From Tetramitus jugosus (Eukaryota; Protista; Heterolobosea), in NCBI GenBank assembly GCA_937625935.1, contig OW569347.1, forward strand, positions 310,001-374,000: DNA of 64,000 bases. The letters are read 5' to 3'. Below the pieces are notes generated by a model. The model was given only the letters and a program-made list of their open reading frames with translations, searched no databases and had not been told where the DNA came from. A program made the position numbers and the translations under genes. This document shows, one piece after another, positions 15,578 to 26,569 of the stretch. How positions within the stretch are numbered: the first letter of the stretch is position 1; every line of letters begins with the position of its first letter.

Positions 15578-16613
15578 ATGACAAAATTCAACAATACGAC
15601 ATGGATTTGTCTGTTGTTGCTTGTATTTTTATCCATTTTCACTCAGCATGCTGTTGTTGCGACGATATCATCAGTACAAGACATGCATCATCATTCAACA
15701 ACAACAACATCAACAACAAATGCAACAACAACTGACACGACAAGTACAACAACAAAATCCATTGCATCGATACAAACAAATGTTGTGCCCAACACTGCTG
15801 CACTTGTCATTAGTCAACTGCAACAAATTTATGCATTGGATGTCATTCAGGAGAGAAGTATGTGATGATAATGATGTTGTTACCACTGTGTGCTGATTAC
15901 TAACTACATGGTTGTTATCATGTACATGTGTCTGTGTAAACATGTATATATATATTTGTATGATTATTATTTAATATTGTTGATTGACACATGTTGTAGT
16001 GCCATGTATACTACTGCCCAACTGCTCTGCATGCACCAGTCGTTCCACTTGTTGTTGGATCAGTGGATCACCTGCCAATGGTATCACAGTGACTCGATCC
16101 AATGGTGATACGCCACTCGATGTTCGAGAAGTAAGTTTTTGTTGGAGTGGAACATTTTTCTCTGCAAAGAATCCAGTGCTCGATAAGGTACCTAGTCTCA
16201 AGGGAGAAGAAACAAAAGTCAGTGGTATGTACATACAAGTCTCTTACTCTATTTGTGCATGCACTCTCTAAACTTAATCACGTTTTTGTTGTGTAGCTAC
16301 ATTTGCGTTTAATGACTTTTCGTCAAAGACGTGTCACATTCGAGGAGGTGTTCTGTTGGTGTTACTGTTGGGATTTGCGCCACTGTCACTGGTGATGATT
16401 ATGCTGTCATTGTTTATATCATTGATTTGTTGTATGATACGGTTGAGAACGAGATTGAAGACGAGAACAATTAATGTATCGCGGTTGTCTGCTTCAATGA
16501 CACAAGAAGAGGAGTTAAACGATAATGACTACTTGTTCCTGGAGGAGAGTCAATCCACAATATTATTGAATGCGAGAGGTGATGATGACGATGCTACGAA
16601 CAACGAACTTTGA
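15578..16613 (+). CDS. Type I membrane protein with signal peptide, Thr-rich stretch and PSI-like Cys domain (PTTG1IP-like); introns 15858-15999 and 16225-16296
   Basis: Three ORFs join in frame through GTATGT..TAG introns. The product has a hydrophobic N-terminus, CSACTSRSTCCW..FCW..C and a C-terminal TM helix. Confidence 0.7.
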
Positions 16614-16904
16614 TGCTTGAGACACTCGAGGTGTATGCATTTAGAAGTAACAACTTTTTCCAAACTAATTTATTACTGCGCAGTGCAAGAGAGGAGCCAT
16701 GATGATGAAATGGGGCACCACCACTTCTGTCGTCGAAACGAACAAGCCCTTGTCACATACAAAATGTGACACCAGCCAGCACAAGAGCAGTATTTGCGAG
16801 CAATATGAAAAAGATGATTAATAATAACTAATTCATCCTTTAATATGAATCCTTTCATCGTACAGTATTGTTTATATTATGTTGTCCTCTATATCACAAT
16901 TATT

Positions 16905-19649
16905 TTACTTTCTTTCGCCTCGTGGAGATCTCTTTTCCAAACTCTTGGAATCACCTACAGAGTTCTTTCTCTGTGAATGTTTCAATTGATGTTGATGTCT
17001 TCGGGTTGGGCGATACACGTCGTTCAACCATGCAGCCACTACTGCAGTCGAGTGTGTTGGATCTTGGTACTTTGTGATCCAAGGATGTTGCAGCAATGTG
17101 GCAGCATTTGGTCTCTGAGCAGGATCCACGATCGTTGTCTTCTTCAAAAAGTCCAACATTTCTGGAGACACTTGCTCCTCTGTAATGTTCAATCCGTGAT
17201 CAGTAATGTAGCTCAAAACATCAAAGACACCCAACTGTTTCATGTCAAATGGGAATGTACCAACAGCACACTCAGCAATCGACACACCCATGCTCCAAAT
17301 GTCACTCTCAAAACTATGCTCAGTTCCCTTGAGTCTCTCTGGACTCATGTACACATATGTGCCAATAAATGTCTTGAATGCCTGTATCTGAGCATTCAAT
17401 TGCTTACTCATTCCAAAATCAGAAATCTTTGCCATTCCGTCCCTCTTGAGCAAAATGTTGGACGGCTTGATATCTCTGTGCAAAATCTTTTTCTTTGCCA
17501 AATAGTCCAATCCACAGAGGATTTGATACGTGATGACAGAGAGAACATTCTCTGGTATTTTGCCCACAGTTTTGTACACGTCTTCCAACGATCCACAATC
17601 CATGTACTCCAACAGGATCTTGATGCTGCCCTCTCTGTGAAACGCTTCATAGAAACGAATAATGTAGGGACATTCCATGCTCTCGTACAGACTCTTCACC
17701 TCGGAAATGATTTGTTTTGGCTGAATGTCTGTTTCGTACAGTGAGACAACCTTGAGTGCATATGGTGTTCCGTCCAATCGATTGGTCACTCGATGCACCG
17801 TTGCAGATGCACCCGATCCCAGTTTACTCTTCTTGCTCAGCACGAGATTCTCATAGGCGACACCTGCAGTCATTGGTGCGTCACTATTGAACATATAACC
17901 AGCAGTTGCACTGGCATTGTTGTTACCACTACTGCCACCACCACCATACATGGCACTACTGGGTGTCAGACTACCAAAAGTGCTGCTCGTGCTCGTGTTT
18001 GTACTACCAGTGCTCGTGCTGCTGACTGGTGTACCACCATTCAAAGGTTGTAGTTGATTCACATTGCTGCTGATGCTACTACCATTGTTTTGAGAGCATG
18101 GATCATAGGTTGTACAGGGTGATCCAGTGGATGAAGGTGTAGATGTCATAGAATCCACAGCACCACCAACACCACCAGTGGTCATTTTCATTTGATTGAG
18201 CCGTAGTTGCAAATTTTGTAGCTCTGATTTGAAATGAGTGCTGCTCGTTGCATGAGCAGGAACATTCAAATGTAGTTGTGGACGTGGTGACAATCCGAGA
18301 GAAGGCGAGGATGATAGTGTGCCTGTTGTTGTTGAGTCCTGTGTTGTTTGATGATAGTGCTCTGGTGTGACGCATCCAGAGTTTTTATCATTATTCACAC
18401 CACCACTATTACTGTTGTTGTTGTTGTTGTTGTTGTTAGGAGTAGTAATAGCAGTAGTCGTAGTAGTACTATTGGATGATGATAATGGTTGTGGTTGTTG
18501 CATGGTTTGAGGAGTAACCATGGGCGTATTACCAGACGTTTTCATACCATTGGCCGCAATCAACATGTCATCAAACTTGAATGTTCCACTCTGAGTAATT
18601 TCGTACTCTCGACTCTTTGTAGTGGGCACTTGAAGCTTCTTGAGAGCAAATGGATTCTTTGTGCTCTTTTTTGGCTTTTTGAGAGCGGCCATGCGAGCAG
18701 GAGTGGCACCACTGTTACTACTACTACTATTATTGACATCACCACCACCACCACTACTACTGCTCTGTGCACCAGTATTGACTGATAGTGTGTTTCTCAT
18801 CATGCCACCACCCATATTACCACCACCACCACCACCACCACCAGTATTCAACAACAAGCCTGTTCTCAATGATTGAACAACAATGGGTGATGCGACTGGT
18901 GAGGAGACATCAGATTGATCTGAACTCTCATAATCTGCACTGCTATTGCTATTGAAGTGATTCACCATGTTGTTGTTGTTGGTGGTGGTGGTGGTAGTAG
19001 TAGTAGTAGGTACATTGTCATAAAAGGGATTGGGTTCGACACGATAAGAAGAAGCATCCAATCGCTTGTCATACATGCCGCTGCTGTTGTTGTTATTATA
19101 ATTGGATGCTGTTGTTGTTGATAGTGATAATGATAGTTTGCGTTGAGGTTGTTGTGGTGATGGTTGTTGATGTTGTTGTTGATAGGATCCTGATGATGCT
19201 GATGCTGATGGTGGTGATGAGGTGTACATTGCATTTGGATCATAAACTGCTCCACTACCAACGACTCTTTGCTGACGATAATGTGATGGTGATGGTGATG
19301 ATGATTGCATGTTGATGTTGTTGTTCGATCCAAGTGTAGTCAATGGAGTGATAACCGGTCGATGGTAACCAGAAACGTACTGTTGTGGTTGTTGCTGTGG
19401 TGATTGTTGATGATGATGTGTAGTGGGTGGTTGTTTCAACTGTTGCATTTGTTGCATGAGACTCTGCTGTTGTGCAATTTGTTGTTGAAGAGTCAATCTT
19501 CTCTGTTGTTGATTATTGCTAGTGTATTGTGGCTGTTGCTGTTGTGTTGGATAAGCACCACCACCACCACTACCATTACTGCCACCACTATTGTACAGTG
19601 ATGATGGAGCAGAGTGTCTTTGTTGTTGTTGTTGCTGTGTTGGATTCAT
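16905..19649 (-). CDS. MAP kinase kinase (STE7/MEK family) with a long low-complexity N-terminus
   Basis: Kinase motifs LGSGASATV, YALK, EYMDCGSL, HRDIKPSNILL, DFG, TFIGTYVYMSPERL and SDIWSMG. Confidence 0.9.
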   Translation of the reverse strand: MNPTQQQQQQRHSAPSSLYNSGGSNGSGGGGAYPTQQQQPQYTSNNQQQRRLTLQQQIAQQQSLMQQMQQLKQPPTTHHHQQSPQQQPQQYVSGYHRPVITPLTTLGSNNNINMQSSSPSPSHYRQQRVVGSGAVYDPNAMYTSSPPSASASSGSYQQQHQQPSPQQPQRKLSLSLSTTTASNYNNNNSSGMYDKRLDASSYRVEPNPFYDNVPTTTTTTTTTNNNNMVNHFNSNSSADYESSDQSDVSSPVASPIVVQSLRTGLLLNTGGGGGGGGNMGGGMMRNTLSVNTGAQSSSSGGGGDVNNSSSSNSGATPARMAALKKPKKSTKNPFALKKLQVPTTKSREYEITQSGTFKFDDMLIAANGMKTSGNTPMVTPQTMQQPQPLSSSNSTTTTTAITTPNNNNNNNNSNSGGVNNDKNSGCVTPEHYHQTTQDSTTTGTLSSSPSLGLSPRPQLHLNVPAHATSSTHFKSELQNLQLRLNQMKMTTGGVGGAVDSMTSTPSSTGSPCTTYDPCSQNNGSSISSNVNQLQPLNGGTPVSSTSTGSTNTSTSSTFGSLTPSSAMYGGGGSSGNNNASATAGYMFNSDAPMTAGVAYENLVLSKKSKLGSGASATVHRVTNRLDGTPYALKVVSLYETDIQPKQIISEVKSLYESMECPYIIRFYEAFHREGSIKILLEYMDCGSLEDVYKTVGKIPENVLSVITYQILCGLDYLAKKKILHRDIKPSNILLKRDGMAKISDFGMSKQLNAQIQAFKTFIGTYVYMSPERLKGTEHSFESDIWSMGVSIAECAVGTFPFDMKQLGVFDVLSYITDHGLNITEEQVSPEMLDFLKKTTIVDPAQRPNAATLLQHPWITKYQDPTHSTAVVAAWLNDVYRPTRRHQHQLKHSQRKNSVGDSKSLEKRSPRGERK

Positions 19650-20140
19650 TTGTAGTACTACTCGAGTTGTTTCAGAAAATCACAAAATGTCCTTGAATAT
19701 GTAACAATGTGATGATGATGATAATGATTAGTTTTTTTTGTTCTCGATATGTGTGAGTGAGAAATTGATTGCACAGAAAAAAATGATTTTTTTTGTTCCG
19801 TTTGTTGAGCTACTGCAGCGAGAGTTTGATGGTACTTGTTCCTTTCAAAAAAACGAATGATTTGGTTTTGTTGGTGTTGATGTGCTGTGTGCAAAGGAGG
19901 ACAGTTGTTTGTTGTGTGCGTTGTTGTTGATATGTTTCAGAGAAACAAAAAAGCGGAACTTGCACGAGTAGATTTCTGAGACCCTTTTAATATCATCTCT
20001 CACTTGTCTTCGGAGTTTTTTTAGTCATTGTGGATGATGGGTTTTTACTTCGGATCGGTAGGAAGGGAGGAGGTCAGCTTGCACAGGCAGGTGAGCGATA
20101 CTTAGTTGGGATTGGTATTACACAACTATCCTTCTTATGG

Positions 20141-21283
20141 CTAATGATGTTCGTCGAGTGTTGGTGGGATGTATGTGCTATCTGGAGTACTATCCGAAGT
20201 TGCTGCACGAGGTTCAGGGGCGGTAGTTGTTGGTGGAGCAGAGGGTGCAGGTGGAGACATACGTGTTAGCCATTCGTTCAACTGTCGTAGTCTATCTTGT
20301 TGCTTGGAATTGGTGTCTGATATGAGAAGACTAGAAGTTCCATTTCTCATCTTGATACACAGTTGCATGTATGAGAATGCGGAGCCATCAGGTAGAATCT
20401 GGAAGCCAGTTATATTACAGAAGGGAATCTTCTCACGAAATGTGACACCATTTGTTAGTAATCTCTTCGATCCAATGAATACTTGTTTCTTTGCTTCATC
20501 AAACTCCACATATTCAGTCTTTGCCATAAATGCGACGAGCACCAAGAGAATACAAACTGGTGGGAAGAAGAAAAACACTAATCCAACATAAAACATGAGT
20601 GTGACTATGTAGGACATGCTTAGATCCTCAAGAACGATATTTCCTTTGACATTCCTGGGCAGTGGTATCTGGATCTCATATGGTACTCGGTGTGCATTTG
20701 TTGTTGTATAGTATTGTGGGGATGTCTGTGCACCAAACATGTTAGACAACAGAGGAACATTCAATGTAATGTCATGACTACTGCCAGCACCAGAGAAATC
20801 CACTGGCTCTCCGTTGATGAACACTGAGAATCCACCTCCACTTCCACCACCAAAACCATCACCACCAGTACCATCATATGGATAATTGGGGTTGGTATTG
20901 GCTCGATGAATACCATCCATTGTTCGTCGATGTCTCTCCATATTGTCTCTGTGTAGTTGTTCACTTGCTCGTCTCTGATGTTCCAGATTTTCTGTCCTGA
21001 TCCTGTTTTGGTCTTGCATCATTCTTTGCTGATCTGCATTTACTCTTCGCATATGTTCATTGTGGTTGTTCATTTGTTGCTGATGTCTCATTCGATCCAT
21101 CGAGCTCTGATGCAGCATCTGCTGGTTGTGCCGAAAGTAGTTTTGTTGGTGAGTCTGAATCGATCTCATTGTGCTGTCACGATTGAACTGCATTTGACGC
21201 ATATGGTGCTGGTGCATCTGAGATTGTTGTTGCCTTTGGAAGTTTATGGCTCCCATGTTGGGCATGCCTGGTCTGTGTGCCAT
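20141..21283 (-). CDS. Hypothetical membrane protein with a Q/H/M-rich N-terminus
   Basis: 380-aa ORF with a hydrophobic segment (YIVTLMFYVGLVFFFFPPVCILLVLVAFM). No family recognised. Confidence 0.7.
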   Translation of the reverse strand: MAHRPGMPNMGAINFQRQQQSQMHQHHMRQMQFNRDSTMRSIQTHQQNYFRHNQQMLHQSSMDRMRHQQQMNNHNEHMRRVNADQQRMMQDQNRIRTENLEHQRRASEQLHRDNMERHRRTMDGIHRANTNPNYPYDGTGGDGFGGGSGGGFSVFINGEPVDFSGAGSSHDITLNVPLLSNMFGAQTSPQYYTTTNAHRVPYEIQIPLPRNVKGNIVLEDLSMSYIVTLMFYVGLVFFFFPPVCILLVLVAFMAKTEYVEFDEAKKQVFIGSKRLLTNGVTFREKIPFCNITGFQILPDGSAFSYMQLCIKMRNGTSSLLISDTNSKQQDRLRQLNEWLTRMSPPAPSAPPTTTAPEPRAATSDSTPDSTYIPPTLDEHH

Positions 21284-21509
21284 GTAGTCCCTATGTTCTT
21301 CTTTGTCTCTGGGTCGTTGGTCCTTTTTATTACTTCACAGTACGGTGAATTAAAGTGAGATCAGCTGAGCACCGTACCACCTGGGCAATTGGGTCGATGG
21401 TTTGTTTAGATTTCTTTTGTGTTTGTGAAGTTTGTGAGTTCTTTTTTTCTGGGCGTTAAGTTCTCCTTCTGGAGGGTCCAATATGAAGGTTTTCCAATGA
21501 ATTGTTGAA

Positions 21510-23535
21510 CTACTGATGTTGTTTATCTGATGAACCATCAAGGGTTGGAGTGCCTGCGGATAATCTTGTTGTGTCCCGACTAACAGATCGAGCTTCAAGT
21601 CTCTCATAGGCCATGGCTTGAGTTTTGGCTTGAGTTTCAATGGTGCTGTAATCCTCTAAACGCATTTCCAATTCTCTGTTTCGTTTTCTGAGTGCTGCCT
21701 CTGGCTTGTTGTCCATCTCTGTTGTTCCAGTGACCGTTTGACGCTTAATGCTTTCAATGTCCCCTACAAGGTTAAATATTTCCATCTCGTAGTTTCGTTG
21801 CATCATCGAGTCCGTGTGATCGGCAAGAATCATCTTTCGAACTTGCTTTGTGAGATCAGTGTGCTCTTTCTCTTTCTCTTTCAGTTTCTTCTTATAGTAC
21901 GCTGCAAGTTGTGGATTTCTCTCCATATTTTCGTGATAGTGCTTCGTAATGGTTTCCTTCAATCTTTTCTCGCTCTCTCTGGACATTGCATGTCTGCTTT
22001 TCCTCATCTTCTCTGCTTCATCTTCCGCCTCCTTCTTTAAATTTTGATGCTCGTTGAGTAAATAGGCTGTTTCATCCTGGGCGTTCTGTAATTTTTGACG
22101 TGCTTCTGCTAAGTTCCTCTCCATTTCCTGAATCTTCTTCTCCAGTTTGACTTCTCTTTCATGTAATTCCAAGAATTTGGACCGATTGGCATCATGCTTG
22201 TAAGAATTTAGAGTAGTCACTAAGTTTTTAAGTTGCAACTGTAGTTCTTTCTTCTCAGCTTTCACTTTGTTGTAAAAGGCGAGTTGTTTTTCTTTCTCAT
22301 GAAGAACTGCAGCGTTATCAGCGACAAGACTCTCAAGCTCCAAACGATGAAATGTCTTGTTCTTTTCAATTTGAGATTGTAGTTGCGTAATTTTCATCAT
22401 TTGGATCTCTCGATGTCGTAATATTTCATCCCTTCTATCAAGCATGGACTTCAATTTTTGAATTTCTTTCTCCTTGTTCGTTTTCATCTCGAGCATCTCT
22501 CTCTTATCCTGCTCTAGAGCAAATATTGTTTTGGAACTTTGGTTTGATATGATTTCTTTGGACGAGAGAGCTTCATCCTTGATCTGAATTGCTTTATCTG
22601 CGTTCGATTTGTACAACAAGGTATCCTTCTCGAGCTGTATCATTCGTTTCTTCAACTGATCTAGTTTAACTTCGGCTGTCGACTTCCTCCGCCTGATTTG
22701 ATCTTTCAGTTCATTCTCGAAGTCGTCCTTGAAAGCTAAAAGTGTTCTCATGTTCTTCTTAAGCCCATCAAGTAGCAACAATGGGTTCTCCTTTCTGTAG
22801 TCCTCTGCCTCTCTTTTTACCATATTTAACTGACTATCTTCTCTGCTTATTGCCTCTGATCCTCGCTCCTTCATCTCTAAATATCTAAGCGCTGTTATTA
22901 ATACTCGATGCTACCATTACAAAATCCTCGAGATCTGATTAACATACAATTTCATAATAGCATGTTCGATTTGCTCCACTCGACCCAACTTTGTTCTATT
23001 CTCTTGGATCTTGGTTTGAGCAGCATCCAACAGTTTTTTAATTTTGGCAATATCCTGTAACCTTGAAGTCCTCACAGTACCGATCTCAGTTACATAGCTA
23101 TTCTTCTCGCTAATTAGCTTGGACATCCTTTCTTGAAGACCTTCGTATTGTCTGTGTAACAGGTCCAGCTCTTGAGTTTTCTGAGAAAATCATTACGTCA
23201 GCAAACAGAATAAACAATAGTTAACAGATGGATTTGGTACAAACGCTGTTCAATTCTTGACTCAACTTCTCCTGATCACCCGCATCCTTCCTCGTTGACC
23301 AATCCTTGGATACTCCAGTAGTGTTTTGTGGACCTCCTTTAACTGTGCTCGTTCTTTTCTTTGAGACAGCTGAGGAGACAGATGGGATGACATTACTGTT
23401 GTTGTTGGCTCCCAATTGTGTTCGACCTACTTGACGCTTCGAAACTGATTTTGAGCCTCGGATCCTTAGGGTAGAGTTGCTCTGCAAGCTACTTGCTTCA
23501 TTGTTTGTTTTTGTGTTTATTGTTCCAACATTCAT
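21510..23535 (-). CDS. Long coiled-coil protein of unknown function; introns 23181-23244 and 22885-22947
   Basis: Three ORFs join in frame through ~63-nt GT..AG introns. The sequence is heptad-rich in E/K/Q/L. Confidence 0.75.
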
Positions 23536-23622
23536 TTCGGGCGAACTTTGATATTGTTTTGTTCACACAGAAACGACTAGTAGATGGACAACGGGAGCGG
23601 GAAAAATTCTACCAGACGAAGC

Positions 23623-26334
23623 TCAGTTCACAACCTTTTTCTTCTTGCTTTTTCTACTCTTTTTCATTTCTTCGATTGGTATTAACTCGTTATCTTCAGA
23701 TTCCTCGTTAGGTAACGGATCACTTGTTTCATTTACTTCTGACACCTTCCTTTTCGTTCCTCGTCGATTATTTCCATAAACTACGTCTGAAATACTTCCA
23801 AATGCAATGGAGGATGTTACAAGATCCAACTCCTCTTCTTCTTCGTCATCTTGGATGGTATCCTTGCGTGTGTCTTTGTTTCCATCCGTTTCTGAATCGG
23901 TTATTCGCTTTTTCCTTAGAATATGACTCTCAATTCGCTTACGAGCTGCTTGTAATCTCTCAGACTTAGTGAGCACCTGATTTTCGACTGTTTTTCTAAT
24001 GTCTCTTAAATCTGTTGGCTTAGCAGTGATCGTTTCTTGAATAGTTGTTCTTAATGAATCTTTCAATGATGAGTTATTCGTATTCAGACATGTGTAATGA
24101 TTCAAGATGGTTCCAAATTTTAACAAATAGGCATCAAGGACATCAGTTAGAAGAGAAATAGTGCTCGTATTCGCTAATTCGAAACCCTCATTCATCAAAA
24201 ACATGATAACAACAGAACGCAGTACATCATGAACACCGGTTTGATCCAGCTCGATGGAGCTGAGAGTATCATGACCTGCCCTTTCTATGGTTTGCTTCTG
24301 ATCAATGATAGAACCACTTCTTCTCATTTCTCTCAGGTCAACAATGTTGTGTACATTCTTGCCCATGTCAGTGATCGATACATCATAGGCCACGGTTGGA
24401 ACATGTAACTGAGTGAAAACTCTCGAAGTGTCGCTCGTAGTAGAAGATTCATCTTGAATTTCTTCAACTTCGGTTGTAGACGACTCTATATCTGAGTTTT
24501 CGTCCAATACATCCTCTTTGTCCTTCTCTCTCTGCTCTGCTACTATTTGTGCCAATTTTTCTTCGAATTGAGACCGCTCATTCTGCTTCCTTGTGATATG
24601 CTCTAGCGTTCGATCTGAATCCAGTGCGACCTGCATTGCTAATTGTAAACTATGAGAGGTGTCATATTTCTCCATAGAGTTGAACTTCTGTATAATTGTA
24701 GAAATGCTCTCCTTGTCCCTAAACCCTAGGGATAAACTCTGCTGTAAAAACCGAACAGGATCAACCTCTGGGTGTACAAGACCCCTCGTATAATCGCATT
24801 CAGGAAGCACAGTCTGTTCATACTCAGACAAGGAATATTCCTTGTTCTCACTATCTTTCTCATTAACCATTGTATTATACATTTCATTTGGAATTATTGC
24901 GGTTTGCTCTCCAAATGGTTTTGATATCTGAGATGATCGAGATCTCACAATTGGCAACCTTCCATTTTTTGTCGCGTTATGCCAACGAGATTCTCTATCA
25001 AAAATATCAGCCTCCGAAGATGCTGCCAACGATGCATTCGAGCTCGCAGCAACAGCAGCCTCCGTTTCATGACCAAACAAACTATATGCCAAGGATTCCA
25101 ATTGTGCACAGCCCTGAAGCACTTCAGTCTCTGGATCCGTATTATACTCTCTACAATTATCAAACATGAGCTGTAAATCATTCTTAAAGTCGTTCTTTGT
25201 CTCATATGCCATTGATTTAATTTTCTTGAGTATTGAGGAGAGATCGATCGGATTCTGAATCACTTCATAGTAATCTGGCGCCTGAGATTTTTTGACCGGT
25301 TTTCTAAATTGCTCAGAAGACTCATCTTCATTCAACTGCTTCCATAGGGAATAAATTTCGTCGTACATTTGATTCTTTGACTCATCATCCGTCTTCTTCC
25401 ATGGTCGCCTCTGTCTCGTCTGCGCATCTACAACGTCTTTGATTGCTCTGTTCGGAGAGGAAGTTGATGATGGTGTGATGGTTGTCCTCCGTCTGCTTCT
25501 TCTCGTGGTTGGTGTCGTCGTTGTTTTCGTGGTAGTTGTTGTTGTGTTCGATGGTGAGGATGATTTTGACTTTGAATCGGAAGAAGAACTATCGGATCCA
25601 CTGGTGTCTTCTTCTTCTTCCTCCTCTCCATCATCTTGTTGTTGTTGTTGTTGTTGTTGTTCATTTTCTACTGTATCTGCTTCAGTGGTTGATCTTGTGA
25701 TGTGTGAGGATGATGATAAGAGTTCAGAGTCCATCTCCAATGTGTGATACTCTTGAATGTTTTGATAACTGCTCAGGTCAATCATCGTTGTTGTCATGGC
25801 CGTTGTTGTCATGGCTGTTGTTGTCGCCGCATCAGAGAATGAGAACGGATGGGTGGTGACATGATCAGTCACATAGCAATCAAACAATATGGATCTCAGT
25901 CTCAACAAGACAAAATAAATATCATTTTGATCAAATGTTGTTGTTGTTTCATTCGGCAGTGAACCATGATTCCAAAACAGTTCAAACGACTCTAATGACT
26001 CACATGCCTTCTTCAGAATGGTCATATAAATAGGATTATTACATTGTTTAAATAGAGAATCAAGTGTAGTTGTTGAATTGTTGTTATTGTTGTCATCATC
26101 ATCATGTCCATTCGTCTTTTTGTTTTTCTGATTGTTCAGACAGAGAACAATCTGATACCACTTTGCTACATCATTGTGCTTGTTGAGACTGCACGACGGC
26201 GTAGTGTTGCTGGTGCTGCCGTTTGGCATAGTTGTTGATGCATGGTGGTTCATTGATCTCGAAAAATGAATTTTGATTTTTTTGTTTTGTGTTGCCGGAG
26301 TTTTTTGTTGTGAATTCATGAACGACTGGATCAT
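23623..26334 (-). CDS. Bromodomain plus histone-fold protein, SAGA subunit Spt7-like (start codon uncertain)
   Basis: Bromodomain FRKPV..APDYYEVIQNPIDL..LMFDNCREYN, followed by the Bromo_TP-like histone fold GFELANTSTISLLTDVLDAYLLKFG. Confidence 0.75.
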   Translation of the reverse strand: MIQSFMNSQQKTPATQNKKIKIHFSRSMNHHASTTMPNGSTSNTTPSCSLNKHNDVAKWYQIVLCLNNQKNKKTNGHDDDDNNNNNSTTTLDSLFKQCNNPIYMTILKKACESLESFELFWNHGSLPNETTTTFDQNDIYFVLLRLRSILFDCYVTDHVTTHPFSFSDAATTTAMTTTAMTTTMIDLSSYQNIQEYHTLEMDSELLSSSSHITRSTTEADTVENEQQQQQQQQDDGEEEEEEDTSGSDSSSSDSKSKSSSPSNTTTTTTKTTTTPTTRRSRRRTTITPSSTSSPNRAIKDVVDAQTRQRRPWKKTDDESKNQMYDEIYSLWKQLNEDESSEQFRKPVKKSQAPDYYEVIQNPIDLSSILKKIKSMAYETKNDFKNDLQLMFDNCREYNTDPETEVLQGCAQLESLAYSLFGHETEAAVAASSNASLAASSEADIFDRESRWHNATKNGRLPIVRSRSSQISKPFGEQTAIIPNEMYNTMVNEKDSENKEYSLSEYEQTVLPECDYTRGLVHPEVDPVRFLQQSLSLGFRDKESISTIIQKFNSMEKYDTSHSLQLAMQVALDSDRTLEHITRKQNERSQFEEKLAQIVAEQREKDKEDVLDENSDIESSTTEVEEIQDESSTTSDTSRVFTQLHVPTVAYDVSITDMGKNVHNIVDLREMRRSGSIIDQKQTIERAGHDTLSSIELDQTGVHDVLRSVVIMFLMNEGFELANTSTISLLTDVLDAYLLKFGTILNHYTCLNTNNSSLKDSLRTTIQETITAKPTDLRDIRKTVENQVLTKSERLQAARKRIESHILRKKRITDSETDGNKDTRKDTIQDDEEEEELDLVTSSIAFGSISDVVYGNNRRGTKRKVSEVNETSDPLPNEESEDNELIPIEEMKKSRKSKKKKVVN

Positions 26335-26569
26335 AAAGTGTTCAGCTGCTTCAAGAGTTCCACAGGAGTGTCAAGGTATTATCCATGATTGAAATTAGAT
26401 GACTGGTCCCAATCCCAATGAGTTGAACTGTTTCTTGAACGTCATTGTGAACAGGTTTGAAACCTCAACCATGAACGATGCACAATTTCGCGCCAAATGA
26501 TCAACAAATCGTGCAAGCAACAGTTCAAGAAAAAGCAATCCAATCCTCGAGAAGCAACAATCGATAACC

